Shown: positions 1 through 8,854 of the stretch, piece after piece
Numbering within the stretch: the first letter of the stretch is position 1
Layout of the letters: every line of letters begins with the position of its first letter
Assembly: GCA_002347815.1 (NCBI GenBank)
Contig: DDXV01000016.1
Coordinates: forward strand, 3,909-67,908
DNA: 64,000 bases
Direction: 5' to 3'
From: Syntrophaceae bacterium UBA2251
Lineage (GTDB): Bacteria > Desulfobacterota > Syntrophia > Syntrophales > UBA2251
Notes under the pieces: generated by a model
What the model was told of the DNA's origin: nothing
What the model saw: only the letters and a program-made list of their open reading frames with translations
The model's database searches: none
Translations under genes and position numbers: made by a program

Positions 1-432
1 GGGGCTGAAGAAGTGCGTGCCGACGACGCGCTCCGGCCGGCCCGTCGCCGAGGCGATCTTCGAAATGCTCATGGTGGAGGTGTTCGACGACAGGATGACC
101 GACGGCCCGCAGAGGCGGTCCGCCTCGGCGAAGATCCTCTGCTTCAGCTCCATGGACTCGAACACCGCCTCGATGACCATGTCCACGCCGGCGAACCCTT
201 CCTCGGGGCTCGTGGTTCCCTTGACGCGCCCGACGATCTGGTCGTGCGCCTCCTGGGAGATCTTGCCCTTTTCCAGCTTTTTGCCGATGAACTTGCGGAT
301 CGTGCCCAAGCCGCGCTCCACGAACGCCGCTTCGACGTCCCGGAGAACCACGTCGATGCCGCTTTCGGCCGCCACCTGGGCAATGCCCGCCCCCATCGTT
401 CCCGCGCCGATGACGCAAAGTTTCTTGATCAT
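1..432 (-). CDS. 3-hydroxyacyl-CoA dehydrogenase, N-terminal 144 codons (gene runs off the left window edge)
   Basis: It is absent from the ORF track because it has no stop codon in the window. The reverse complement from ATG at 432 reads MIKKLCVIGAGTMGAGIAQVAAESGIDVVLRDVE...LSSNTSTMSISKIASATGRPERVVGTHFFSP. This shows a Rossmann GxGxxG and the HBD-family NTS and THFF motifs. It is a paralog of 16115-17029. Confidence 0.85.
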   Translation of the reverse strand, partial: MIKKLCVIGAGTMGAGIAQVAAESGIDVVLRDVEAAFVERGLGTIRKFIGKKLEKGKISQEAHDQIVGRVKGTTSPEEGFAGVDMVIEAVFESMELKQRIFAEADRLCGPSVILSSNTSTMSISKIASATGRPERVVGTHFFSP

Positions 433-512
433 GAATCCGTCCTTTCTCTGTGATGATCTCGTCAAACGTCCGTTATCGCCGGTCACCCGCGAAAAAACGG
501 GGGACCGGTTCT

Positions 513-1379
513 TTACGGGGTTCCCGGATCCGCGTCTACGCCACGCCGTAATCCTTCCCCGTGATGCGCGACGCGCAGATGAGCCCGGCCGCCACGGCAC
601 AGTCCATGGCCACGCCGTAGCCCTTGACCGTGTCTCCGGCGAAGTACAGCCCGGCGACGCCCGGGGCCTCCACCGGGGCCTTGAGCGTCCCCGCCTGCGT
701 CTTCGATTTCGCCACGCCCTCCAGCTTCCAGGCCGTCGGGAACAGGGCCCAGTCGATGCTTTTCCGGAATCCCGGATAGCGGCGCTCCAGATAATCGATG
801 ATGAGCCGGCAAGCCTTGGCCATCAGCGCCTTGTCCTTGCCCTCTTTCTCCGTCACCGGGGCATAGGCCGTCATCAGATGGCGGCCGCCCGGCGCGCAGG
901 AGGGATCGATCTGGGACTGGATGTTCCAGCACATGTACACGTCGTACTCGAACCCCTCCTCCTTCGGGATCACGTAGGTGTCCTTCACGCCGACCTTCCA
1001 CTCCCGCTCCGGCATGACCAGTTTGTTCAGACCGAAGTACGGGGCGATGGAACCGTATCCGTAAAGCCCCTCCATCCGGTCGGCCCAATCGCCGGGAAAG
1101 GCGCCCTTGTCCGCGACCCTGAAGGCGTCCTGGATCGGGATGTTGCTGACGACCTTTCCGGCCGCGATCTTGCGGGACGCGCCCGAGGCGTCTTCGATCA
1201 CCACGCCGGTCGCCCGGCCGTTCTCGATCGCGATCTCCCGGACGCGGGTCTCGAGCAGGAGGGTGCCGCCCAGTTCCTCGAAGCGGCGGGCCACCGCCTG
1301 GCTCCAGCGCATGATGCCGCCGGTGGTGAACCCGGAGGGCCACCGCGCCCACCACAATCACATCGTATTTCCCTTCCAT
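513..1379 (-). pseudogene. Remnant of a CrtI/phytoene-desaturase-like FAD oxidoreductase (internal deletion plus frame change)
   Basis: The frame from ATG 1379 reads MEGKYDVIVVGA, the start of a GxGxxG fold, and then becomes nonsense. The other frame (536-1357) reads PSGFTTGGIMRWSQAVARRFEELGG...GLYFAGDTVKGYGVAMDCAVAAGLICASRITGKDYG. That part is colinear with residues ~245-509 of the 509-aa paralog at 8855-10384. About 225 codons are missing between the two parts. Confidence 0.7.
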
Positions 1380-1435
1380 GTCCGAATCCTCTTTCTTCTT
1401 CTACGTCTGCTTCCTGCAACGTACCCGTGTCCGCG

Positions 1436-2587
1436 CTATCGCAGCAGATGCCCCGCCACGATGGTCCGCTGAATCTGGTTCGTGCCTTCGTAGATCTGTG
1501 TGATCTTGGCGTCGCGCATCATCCGCTCCACCGGGTACTCCCGGACATAGCCGTAGCCGCCGAAGACCTGGACGGCGTCGGTCGTGACCTGCATCGCCAC
1601 ATCCGAGGCGTACCACTTCGCCATGGAGGCGATCTTCGGCAGTTCCGGGGCGTCGGGCTCGCTGTCGATCATCGAGGCCGCCCGGTAGACAATCGACCGC
1701 GCCGTCTCCACCTTGAGCGCCATCTCCGCCAGCATCCACTGCATCCCCTGGAAGGAGGACAGGGGCTTGCCGAACTGGACCCGCTCCTTGGCATAGCGGA
1801 TGGAGGCCTCGAGGGCCCCCTGGGCGATGCCCAGGGCCTGGCCGCCGACGGCCGGCCGCGTGTAGTTGAAGGTCGTCATCAGCGTCCGGAAACCGCCGCC
1901 CTCCGGACCGAGGAGACGGTCCGCCGGGACGAAGACGTCCTCGAACACCAGCTCCCGCGTGTCCGATCCGTGCATCCCCATCTTGTGCTCGTGCTTGCCC
2001 ACGGTGAATCCCGCGTCGCCCTTCTCCAGGATCAGCATGCTGATGCCGCGGTTGCCCTTGTCCTTATCCGTGTAGGCGAGCACCGTCACGATCTGGGCCT
2101 CGCCGCCGTTCGTGATGAAGATCTTGGCGCCGTTCAGGAGATACCCGCCGTCCACCTTCTTGGCCGTCGTCTTCATGCCGGCCACGTCGGACCCCGCCCC
2201 CGGCTCCGTGATGCCGCAGGCGCCGAGACAGGCGCCGGAGGCCAGACGGTAGAGAAAATTCTTCTTCTGTTCTTCCGTCCCCGCCAGGAGCAGCGGATCG
2301 CTCGCCAGGGCCTGCGTGGTCAGGATCACGGATGTGGAGGCGCAGACCCGCGCGATTTCCTCGACGACCAGGACCATCGCGAGCATCCCCGCGCCGGCGC
2401 CGCCATAGGTCTCCGGAATCTGCACGCCTAAAAGCCCGTTCTCGGCCAGGACCTTCACCGACGCCTGGGGGAAGGTCTCCTTCTCGTCAATCTCGGCGGC
2501 GATGGGCGCGAACTTCTCTTCGGCAATCCGCCGCACCGTATCCCGCAACATCGCCTGATCTTCATTCAAAATAAAATCCATATCCAT
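1436..2587 (-). CDS. Acyl-CoA dehydrogenase (short/medium-chain type, 383 aa)
   Basis: [40 protein letters not shown]...[18 protein letters not shown] is a classic ACAD from N- to C-terminus. GGAGG lies just upstream of the ATG at 2587. The 547-aa ORF in the track is an unsupported N-terminal extension. Confidence 0.9.
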   Translation of the reverse strand: MDMDFILNEDQAMLRDTVRRIAEEKFAPIAAEIDEKETFPQASVKVLAENGLLGVQIPETYGGAGAGMLAMVLVVEEIARVCASTSVILTTQALASDPLLLAGTEEQKKNFLYRLASGACLGACGITEPGAGSDVAGMKTTAKKVDGGYLLNGAKIFITNGGEAQIVTVLAYTDKDKGNRGISMLILEKGDAGFTVGKHEHKMGMHGSDTRELVFEDVFVPADRLLGPEGGGFRTLMTTFNYTRPAVGGQALGIAQGALEASIRYAKERVQFGKPLSSFQGMQWMLAEMALKVETARSIVYRAASMIDSEPDAPELPKIASMAKWYASDVAMQVTTDAVQVFGGYGYVREYPVERMMRDAKITQIYEGTNQIQRTIVAGHLLR

Positions 2588-2664
2588 CCTCCATCGCCCG
2601 CACAGGTCCGCGGGCTCACTGGTTTCCTTGAAAGGCCCACCCCGCCTCCCGTGGGGGCGCCGGC

Positions 2665-3141
2665 TTACGCGACGATATCGAAATACTTGATGTCCTGAAT
2701 GTTCCCCTGCATTTCCGCGGTATCCTTGAAGATCGCCCGCACCTTCATGCCGACCTTGATCTTGGACAAATCGGTTTCGTTGATGATGTGGGAGAAGATG
2801 TTGTCCGCGCCGTCGAGCTTGATGTAGCCGTAGGTATAGGGGATGGGGCGCCGCGCGCCGGTGTTCGGATCGATGAACGGGTAGTTCACCACCGAGAAGG
2901 CCGTAATCACGCCTGTGTCGGACAGGGCCACCAGTTCGGCGAGTTCCTGGAAACAGGGACCGCACACCCGCCGCGGCGGAACGTAGACCTTGCCGCACCC
3001 GTTGCACCGGATGCCGACAAACCGCCTGTTCTGTTTGATTTCCTGAAAAAACTTGCTGCCGTACAGCCCGATGGACCATTCGTAAGGCATCGGATAGGCA
3101 AAAACCGACACGAGTCGTTCGCTTTCGACTTGATGAGCCAT
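2665..3141 (-). CDS. DUF35 family protein (Zn-ribbon plus OB-fold, acyl-CoA-associated)
   Basis: [10 protein letters not shown]...[22 protein letters not shown]...[14 protein letters not shown]. It has the CxxC-x11-CxxC ribbon followed by an OB-fold-like C-terminus, and is 158 aa long. Confidence 0.85.
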   Translation of the reverse strand: MAHQVESERLVSVFAYPMPYEWSIGLYGSKFFQEIKQNRRFVGIRCNGCGKVYVPPRRVCGPCFQELAELVALSDTGVITAFSVVNYPFIDPNTGARRPIPYTYGYIKLDGADNIFSHIINETDLSKIKVGMKVRAIFKDTAEMQGNIQDIKYFDIVA

Positions 3142-3158
3142 GATCACTCCCCCTCTTC

Positions 3159-4319
3159 CTATGGTCTCTCGGTGCTCAGGATGACGACGTCCGACCAGAA
3201 GCAACCGCCGAATCCCGTGGCCAGGGCATTCTTCACGTCGGGCACCTGCCGCTTGCCGCCCCTGCCCATGACCTGGATCGCCGCCTCGGCCACCCGGAGC
3301 ATGGCGGTGGCGCCGATGCAGTTCGTCGAGATCACGCCGCCCGACGGGTTGACCGGAATCTTGCCGCCCATATGGGTGTTGCCGTCCCGCACGAAGCGTA
3401 CCCCCTCGCCGGGGCCGCAGAACCCGATATCTTCGATCCACTTGAGCCCCGCCCAGGTGTAGGGCAGGTAAAGCTCGGCCACGTCGATCTCCTCGGCGGG
3501 CTTCGTGATCCCCGCCTGCTGATAGGCATCCTTCGACGCCCGCTGCATCGAGACGAGTCCCTTGTTGTAGTCCGTGGAATCCCCGAACCAGGTGTACGTA
3601 TGCCGCACCGCCGCCGCCTTGAACCAGGCCGGCTTCCGGGCGATCTTCTGGGCCACGCCGTCCGCCGCGAGCACACAGGCGCAGGCGCCGTCGCTCCGCG
3701 GGCAGATGTCGCCCAGCTTGATCGGATAGGCCAGCATCGGCGAAGCCATGATGTCCGCCACGGTCAGCGGCCGTCGCAGGTGCGCGAAGGGGTTGTTCAG
3801 GGCGTTGTTCCGGTCCCGTTCGCCGATGATCGCGGCATCCTCCTGCGTGGCCCCGTACTTCTCCATGTAGGCCGTCGCCTCCGTCGCCAGGCTCGGAATC
3901 GCCCCGGAATACGAAAACCGGTCCCAGATGGCGTCCGAACAGGTGATGATGGCGCCCGTCGTGTCGCTCTCCGAATTCTTCTCGAACCCGATCGCCAGCA
4001 CCCGGTCGAAGAGCCCCGAGGCCACGTGGTAATAGGCGGCGATGGCGACCGTCGCCCCCGTCGTCCCGCCCGTCGAGACCTTCATGATGGGCTTCATGAC
4101 GCCGCCCGATCCTTCGACGCTGTACGTGTCGACGTAATTGATGGATTCGAAGTGGTCCATGTTGCCGATCACGATGGCGTCGATGTCCCGGATGGTGAGT
4201 TCGGCGTCGGCCAGGGCCGCCGTGACCGCCTCGCGGATCATCTCCCGCGAGGTCACGTCCGGCCGATGGCTTTTATGATAGGTCTGTCCCACTCCGACGA
4301 TGGCTACTCTTCTTCCCAT
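3159..4319 (-). CDS. Thiolase-fold protein, SCP-x-like, lacking the nucleophilic Cys (type B')
   Basis: [14 protein letters not shown]..., [15 protein letters not shown] and [20 protein letters not shown] are present. The position of the thiolase active-site Cys reads [22 protein letters not shown]. Confidence 0.85.
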   Translation of the reverse strand: MGRRVAIVGVGQTYHKSHRPDVTSREMIREAVTAALADAELTIRDIDAIVIGNMDHFESINYVDTYSVEGSGGVMKPIMKVSTGGTTGATVAIAAYYHVASGLFDRVLAIGFEKNSESDTTGAIITCSDAIWDRFSYSGAIPSLATEATAYMEKYGATQEDAAIIGERDRNNALNNPFAHLRRPLTVADIMASPMLAYPIKLGDICPRSDGACACVLAADGVAQKIARKPAWFKAAAVRHTYTWFGDSTDYNKGLVSMQRASKDAYQQAGITKPAEEIDVAELYLPYTWAGLKWIEDIGFCGPGEGVRFVRDGNTHMGGKIPVNPSGGVISTNCIGATAMLRVAEAAIQVMGRGGKRQVPDVKNALATGFGGCFWSDVVILSTERP

Positions 4320-4327
4320 GTCTCACC

Positions 4328-5470
4328 TCACTTCTTTCCGCCCATGATCCACACGCAGTGGCTCTGGCCGCAGGGTCCGTTGAAACCGTGTGCAAGCGCC
4401 GTCGCGGCGTTCTTCACCTGCCGGTCCCCGGCCTCCCCGCGGACCTGGAGGGTCGCTTCGATCAGCCTCGCGAGTCCCGCCACGAGGATCGGATTCGCCG
4501 AGAGCGCCCCGCCGGAGGGATTGACGGGAAGCCTGCCGCCCATCGTCGTGATCCCCTTCTCGATCAGGTGCGCGCCCTCACCGGGTTTGCAGAATCCCAA
4601 CCCTTCGAGCCACAGGGGTTCCATGTAGCTGAACGGTTCCAGGACCTCCGCCACGTCGATCTCCGCCATGGGATCCGTGATGCCGGCCATCGCGTAGGCG
4701 CGCCGGGCGGCGTCCTGAAGCGCCACGGGATCGGAAAGCCGGCGGTCTCCCAGAAAATACTCTTCGCAGCAGTGCGCGACCCCCTTGACCCAGACGGGTT
4801 TCTTTTTCGTCCTGGCCGCGATTTCCTCGTTCGCGATGATGATCGCCGCGGCCCCGTCGCTGATGGGGCAGCAGTCGAGGAGCTTCAACGGTTCGGCGAT
4901 CTTCCGCGACTTCATGACGTCCGCGACCGTGATGTCCATCGGCAGTTGGGCGTAGGGGTTGTTCTTCGCGTTGCCGTGGTTCTTCACGGACACCTGAGCC
5001 ACGTCCTCCTCGCGGATGCCGAAGCGGGCCATGTACGCATCGGCCTGAAGCGCGGCCGCGGAAATGGCGTCAATCCCCAGATGGCGGTGGAAGATGGGGT
5101 CGAACATCCCGTTGGTGGTGATGGGGACGCTGCCTTCGCTCCCCTTGTAGTGGGCCACGACAATCGTGGCCTTGTATCCGGACAGCACCCGCATGAGGCC
5201 GTAAAAGGCGCCAAAGGCGCCGTCCCCCGAGACGGTGGAGATGTTCTTGTCCTCTCCGCCGGCCGCATCGCCGACCGCCATGCCGGAAATGGTCCGGCCG
5301 TCGAAAAAGTCGTTCGACACGGTCACGACGCTGTCGATGTCGCCGATCGCAAGCCCCGCATCGTCCAGGGCCGCCCGGGTCACGTCGAAGACCAGGTCGG
5401 CCAGGATCTGGTCCTTTTTCCTCCGTTCATATTTCGTCTGCGCCACGCCGACGATCGCTGCATTGTCCAT
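4328..5470 (-). CDS. Thiolase-fold protein, SCP-x-like, lacking the nucleophilic Cys (type A')
   Basis: MDNAAIVGVAQTKYERRKK..., CCPISDGAAAIIIA and LPVNPSGGALSANPILVAGL are present. The Cys position reads TVSGDGAFGA. Start chosen at ATG 5470 behind GGAGGA; the ORF is open to a TTG at 5494. Confidence 0.8.
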   Translation of the reverse strand: MDNAAIVGVAQTKYERRKKDQILADLVFDVTRAALDDAGLAIGDIDSVVTVSNDFFDGRTISGMAVGDAAGGEDKNISTVSGDGAFGAFYGLMRVLSGYKATIVVAHYKGSEGSVPITTNGMFDPIFHRHLGIDAISAAALQADAYMARFGIREEDVAQVSVKNHGNAKNNPYAQLPMDITVADVMKSRKIAEPLKLLDCCPISDGAAAIIIANEEIAARTKKKPVWVKGVAHCCEEYFLGDRRLSDPVALQDAARRAYAMAGITDPMAEIDVAEVLEPFSYMEPLWLEGLGFCKPGEGAHLIEKGITTMGGRLPVNPSGGALSANPILVAGLARLIEATLQVRGEAGDRQVKNAATALAHGFNGPCGQSHCVWIMGGKK

Positions 5471-5490
5471 TCTCATTCCTCCACCGGCGC

Positions 5491-5946
5491 TCAAATGAGC
5501 TCAAAGGAGTCGATGTCCAGGATGCTCCCGGTGCGCTCCTCCTTGAACTTCGCCTTCACCCTGAGGCCGTTTTTGATTTTGTCCAGATCCTTCTTGATCA
5601 GGTGCAGAAATCCCACGTCCGTCCCGTCCAGCTTGATCAGCGCGTAGGCAAACGGCGGTTTCACCGGCTGGACGGGGTACGCGTAATGCACGATCGTATG
5701 GGCCTCGATGACCCCCTCCGCGGCAACCTCCACCCATTCCTCGATATCGACGAAGCAGCGGCCGCAATTCTTGCGTGGCGGCACGAAGACCGTCCCGCAG
5801 GACGGACACTTCGTCCCCAGAATCTTCCGATCGTCCCTGAGGGACATCAGAAACCGGCTCCCCGTGTCGCCCACCCACCAGCTATAGGGAACGGCGATCC
5901 GGCCCTTCAGGGTCAGGGGTTCCACGTCTTTCAACCATTCAGCCAT
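5491..5946 (-). CDS. DUF35 family protein (Zn-ribbon plus OB-fold)
   Basis: GTKCPSCGTVFVPPRKNCGRCF...IKLDGTDVGFLHLI. Its stop lies within 25 nt of the next start. Confidence 0.85.
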   Translation of the reverse strand: MAEWLKDVEPLTLKGRIAVPYSWWVGDTGSRFLMSLRDDRKILGTKCPSCGTVFVPPRKNCGRCFVDIEEWVEVAAEGVIEAHTIVHYAYPVQPVKPPFAYALIKLDGTDVGFLHLIKKDLDKIKNGLRVKAKFKEERTGSILDIDSFELI

Positions 5947-6033
5947 ACCTTTACCTCTCTCATGTGATGATGCGTCTCATGTTTCCGGTGAGGCGTCCAC
6001 CGCCGGCCGGCGCCCCCGGATCATATGGGAAAC

Positions 6034-7383
6034 CTACGCGCGCGCTTTCAGGATCTCCTCCGCGCAGATCATGGCGGAATTGGCGGCGGCATTCATCCCG
6101 ACGCCCCGGCCCGTATAGCAATCGCCCGCAAAGTACAGCCCGGGGACCTCGGGCAGGTGAACCGGCGGCCGGTAGCGGCCCGTCATGCCCGGGGAGCGGC
6201 CGAGGCCGTCGATGCCCACGTAGAAGCCGTCCTGCCGCCACAGGAGATCCTGCTCCACGTTGGGGAACATTTGTTTCACAAGTTCCCGGAAGGCCGCCAG
6301 GGTCTTCTCCCGGAAGGCCTTGTCCGACGCCTGGGCCGGCGTGCAGCAGGCCCCGATGAAGGCGATCATGTGATTCGCGGGTGCGATCGTGTCGTCGAAA
6401 AGCGTATGCCCGAGAATCTGCAGGGGCAGGCCCACGTTCGGAAGCCGCCAGGCGGACAGGTAGTACGGCGTCGTGAAGAGGGGCGCCTTCGTACCGATGG
6501 TGAACCCCATCGACGCGCTCGTCTCCCGCTCGAGGGTCGGCATGCGTTCGGCCCATGCCGGCGCATACCTCGCCATCTCGTCCATGGAAAGAATCTTCAA
6601 CATGTTCCAGATGGGCATCGCTATGACAGCGATGGGGGCCCGGTAGGTCTCGGCGTCCGTCACGATCTCCGTCGGCTTTCCCGGCTGCACATTGACGCGG
6701 CGGACCGATGTGCCCGTCAGAAGCGTCCCGCCCCGTTCCGTGTACGCCGCCGCCATCGCCTGCATCATCGTCGCGATGCCGCCCAGGGGCATGCGCACCT
6801 GGGCCAGGGGCTCGGCTTCCTTTTCGCTGAGACGCAGCGCTTCCCCATAGATGGCCACGACTTCCCCTGCGGAAATGTGGTCCGCGTCCGTCAGCGTCGT
6901 CTGGCACATCGCGATGGTTTTCAGAAACTCCGCAATCCGGGGCGACGCGATTTTCCGCCGGATCAGTTCGTTGAGCGAAACCCGGTCGAGGGCGTCGAGC
7001 TCCGCCTCGTCCGCCGCCCGCATCCAGGTTTCGAGATCGGCCAGTTCCCTGTCGTCCGACGTCGTCAGGTTCAGGTATTCCGGCAGGAGCTTCCACTGCC
7101 CCTCGTCATAGAGCATGGCCCCCTCGATGTTGCGCGACCAGGGGATCTCTTTCTCCAATCTCTTCAAAAGCGTTGCGCAGGCCGAATACTTGCCAAGATC
7201 GACGGCATGCGTCCCTGAATCCACCTTCCACCCGCCGGGCAGATGGAAGGTCTTGCAGCGTCCTCCGGACGTCTTGCTCTTCTCCAGGATGAGCGTCTTC
7301 AATCCCTTCCCCTGAAGCAAGCCGCCGACCCCGAAGCCGGCGATGCCCGCCCCGATGATGATCGCGTCGTACCGGTCCATCAT
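6034..7383 (-). CDS. FAD/NAD(P)-binding oxidoreductase, phytoene-desaturase (CrtI)/amine-oxidase-like, 449 aa
   Basis: N-terminus MMDRYDAIIIGAGIAGFGVGGLLQGKGLKTLILEKSKTSGGRC (dinucleotide fold). C-terminus GLYFAGDCYTGRGVGMNAAANSAMICAEEIL. Confidence 0.85.
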   Translation of the reverse strand: MMDRYDAIIIGAGIAGFGVGGLLQGKGLKTLILEKSKTSGGRCKTFHLPGGWKVDSGTHAVDLGKYSACATLLKRLEKEIPWSRNIEGAMLYDEGQWKLLPEYLNLTTSDDRELADLETWMRAADEAELDALDRVSLNELIRRKIASPRIAEFLKTIAMCQTTLTDADHISAGEVVAIYGEALRLSEKEAEPLAQVRMPLGGIATMMQAMAAAYTERGGTLLTGTSVRRVNVQPGKPTEIVTDAETYRAPIAVIAMPIWNMLKILSMDEMARYAPAWAERMPTLERETSASMGFTIGTKAPLFTTPYYLSAWRLPNVGLPLQILGHTLFDDTIAPANHMIAFIGACCTPAQASDKAFREKTLAAFRELVKQMFPNVEQDLLWRQDGFYVGIDGLGRSPGMTGRYRPPVHLPEVPGLYFAGDCYTGRGVGMNAAANSAMICAEEILKARA

Positions 7384-7508
7384 TCTTCTCCGTTCCCCCC
7401 TGATCGCTCCGCCCGCCCCGGGTTCCGGTCATTCACCAGGATCGGAGCGAATCGCTTTCTTTAAAAGCGGGTGCGGCGACCCCCCGGACGCCGCAACCGT
7501 TTCTTCAA

Positions 7509-8729
7509 TCACACCTTGACGAGGATCGCCTCGCCCTGCGAAAGACCGCCGCAGATGGCCGCCACGCCCGTTCCGCCGCCCCGGCGCATCAGCTCGTACA
7601 TCATCGTCATCGTGATTCGCGCGCCGCTCGCCCCGACGGGATGACCGATCGCAATCGCCCCGCCGTTGACGTTCGTCTTGTCCTGAAGGGCCTGCCATTT
7701 CGCCGGATCGTCCTTCGCCAGCATCTTGAGCGACACCAGCGTCACCGCAGCAAAGGCCTCGTTGATCTCGATGACGTCCACGTCGTCGATCGTCTGACCC
7801 GTCTGGGCGAACATCTTGTCGATCGTCTGGGCCGGCACGCAGGCCATGTATTTCGGAGAACCCGCCGCACACGCGCAGGCCTCGATCGTCGCGAGCGGCT
7901 TGAGCCCCAGGGCATCCGCCTTTTTCCGCGACATGATCACCATCGCCGACGCACCCGAGTTGAGACCGGGGGCGTTGCCCGCCGTGACCGTCGGGCTGCC
8001 GTAGACGGTCTTCAGGGCCGCCATCTTTTCCAGGTTCAGATTATCCCGGGGAGACTCGTCCTTCTCCAGAACGATGGGGGCCTTCTTCTGCGGGATTTCC
8101 AGGCGCATCAGTTCCCCGCCCACCTCATATTTGCCGGCCTTCGCCGCCGCGAAATACTTCGTGTGGCTGGCCAGGGCCCATTCATCCTGCTTTTCCCGGC
8201 TCACGCCGTACTCCACCGCCACGTGACCCGCATCCGTCGCCACCGGGGCGAACCCCTTGCGGCTGTAACCGAGTTCGAACAGGACATCCTCCAGCGGGAT
8301 GTGTCCCAGACGGCTGCCCCAGCGGGCCTTCGCGGCCGAGGCGATCAGGGGAACGTTCCCCATGTTCTCCGCCCCGCAGGCGACGACGATCTCCGCATCC
8401 CCGGATTTGATGGCCCGGCAGCCCAGCCGCAGCGCCGTCATAGACGAGCAGCAGGCCCGGTCGATCGTGAGCGAGATGTTCTCCTCGGGAAACCCGGCCA
8501 GCAGCGTGATCTGCCGGGCGGGGACGTTCGTGTAGATGGCGTATTCCGCCGGGATGCAGGTGCCGTAATAGACCTCGTCCACCTGTTTGGGATCGAGATC
8601 GATCCGGCGGACCACTTCCTTCAGGGCAAGCACGCCCAGGTCCATGCTCAAAACCGTCTTCAAAGCCCCGTCGAAACGCCCGAAGGGCGTCCGGACGGCA
8701 CTGACCACCACCACATCGTTTGCATTCAT
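7509..8729 (-). CDS. Acetyl-CoA C-acyltransferase (genuine thiolase, 406 aa)
   Basis: MNANDVVVVSAVRTPFGRFDGALK..., active-site Cys context TIDRACCSSMTALR, and C-terminus NGGAIAIGHPVGASGARI...CGGLSQGEA. The track ORF extends 35 codons upstream without support. Confidence 0.9.
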   Translation of the reverse strand: MNANDVVVVSAVRTPFGRFDGALKTVLSMDLGVLALKEVVRRIDLDPKQVDEVYYGTCIPAEYAIYTNVPARQITLLAGFPEENISLTIDRACCSSMTALRLGCRAIKSGDAEIVVACGAENMGNVPLIASAAKARWGSRLGHIPLEDVLFELGYSRKGFAPVATDAGHVAVEYGVSREKQDEWALASHTKYFAAAKAGKYEVGGELMRLEIPQKKAPIVLEKDESPRDNLNLEKMAALKTVYGSPTVTAGNAPGLNSGASAMVIMSRKKADALGLKPLATIEACACAAGSPKYMACVPAQTIDKMFAQTGQTIDDVDVIEINEAFAAVTLVSLKMLAKDDPAKWQALQDKTNVNGGAIAIGHPVGASGARITMTMMYELMRRGGGTGVAAICGGLSQGEAILVKV

Positions 8730-8854
8730 TTTTTCACCAACCACCTTTCTTCGGGATCCTTCGATCCCCGGTCCCGTCATGACGCCGCCGCTGCGCGGAA
8801 GCCGCCGCAGGCGCGAACGGCCTTTCCCGGGCAACGGTCAAACGCCCCCAATCT

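Noticed and set aside
17-2431. An 804-aa plus-strand ORF, with similar very long ORFs at 46962-50882 (+), 40862-43771 (-), 38145-39851 (-), 53929-55455 (-), 62346-63890 (-), 27257-28369 (-), 13327-15222 (+), 24115-25758 (+) and 58585-59838 (-).
   Set aside because: All lie antisense to genes with unmistakable conserved protein sequences. Their translations are Arg/Gly/Pro/Asp/His-rich low-complexity strings with no recognisable motifs. Long stop-free antisense frames are expected in GC-rich DNA.
2588-3079. N-terminal extensions of track ORFs: ACAD to 3079, DUF35 to 3441, thiolase to 8834, thiolase-fold B to 12973, thiolase-fold A to 13968, moaC to 53837, FeS protein to 61887, purL from 40601.
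   Set aside because: The extensions overlap the upstream genes and are compositionally junk. In each case a conserved family N-terminus with a Shine-Dalgarno sequence is found at an internal start.
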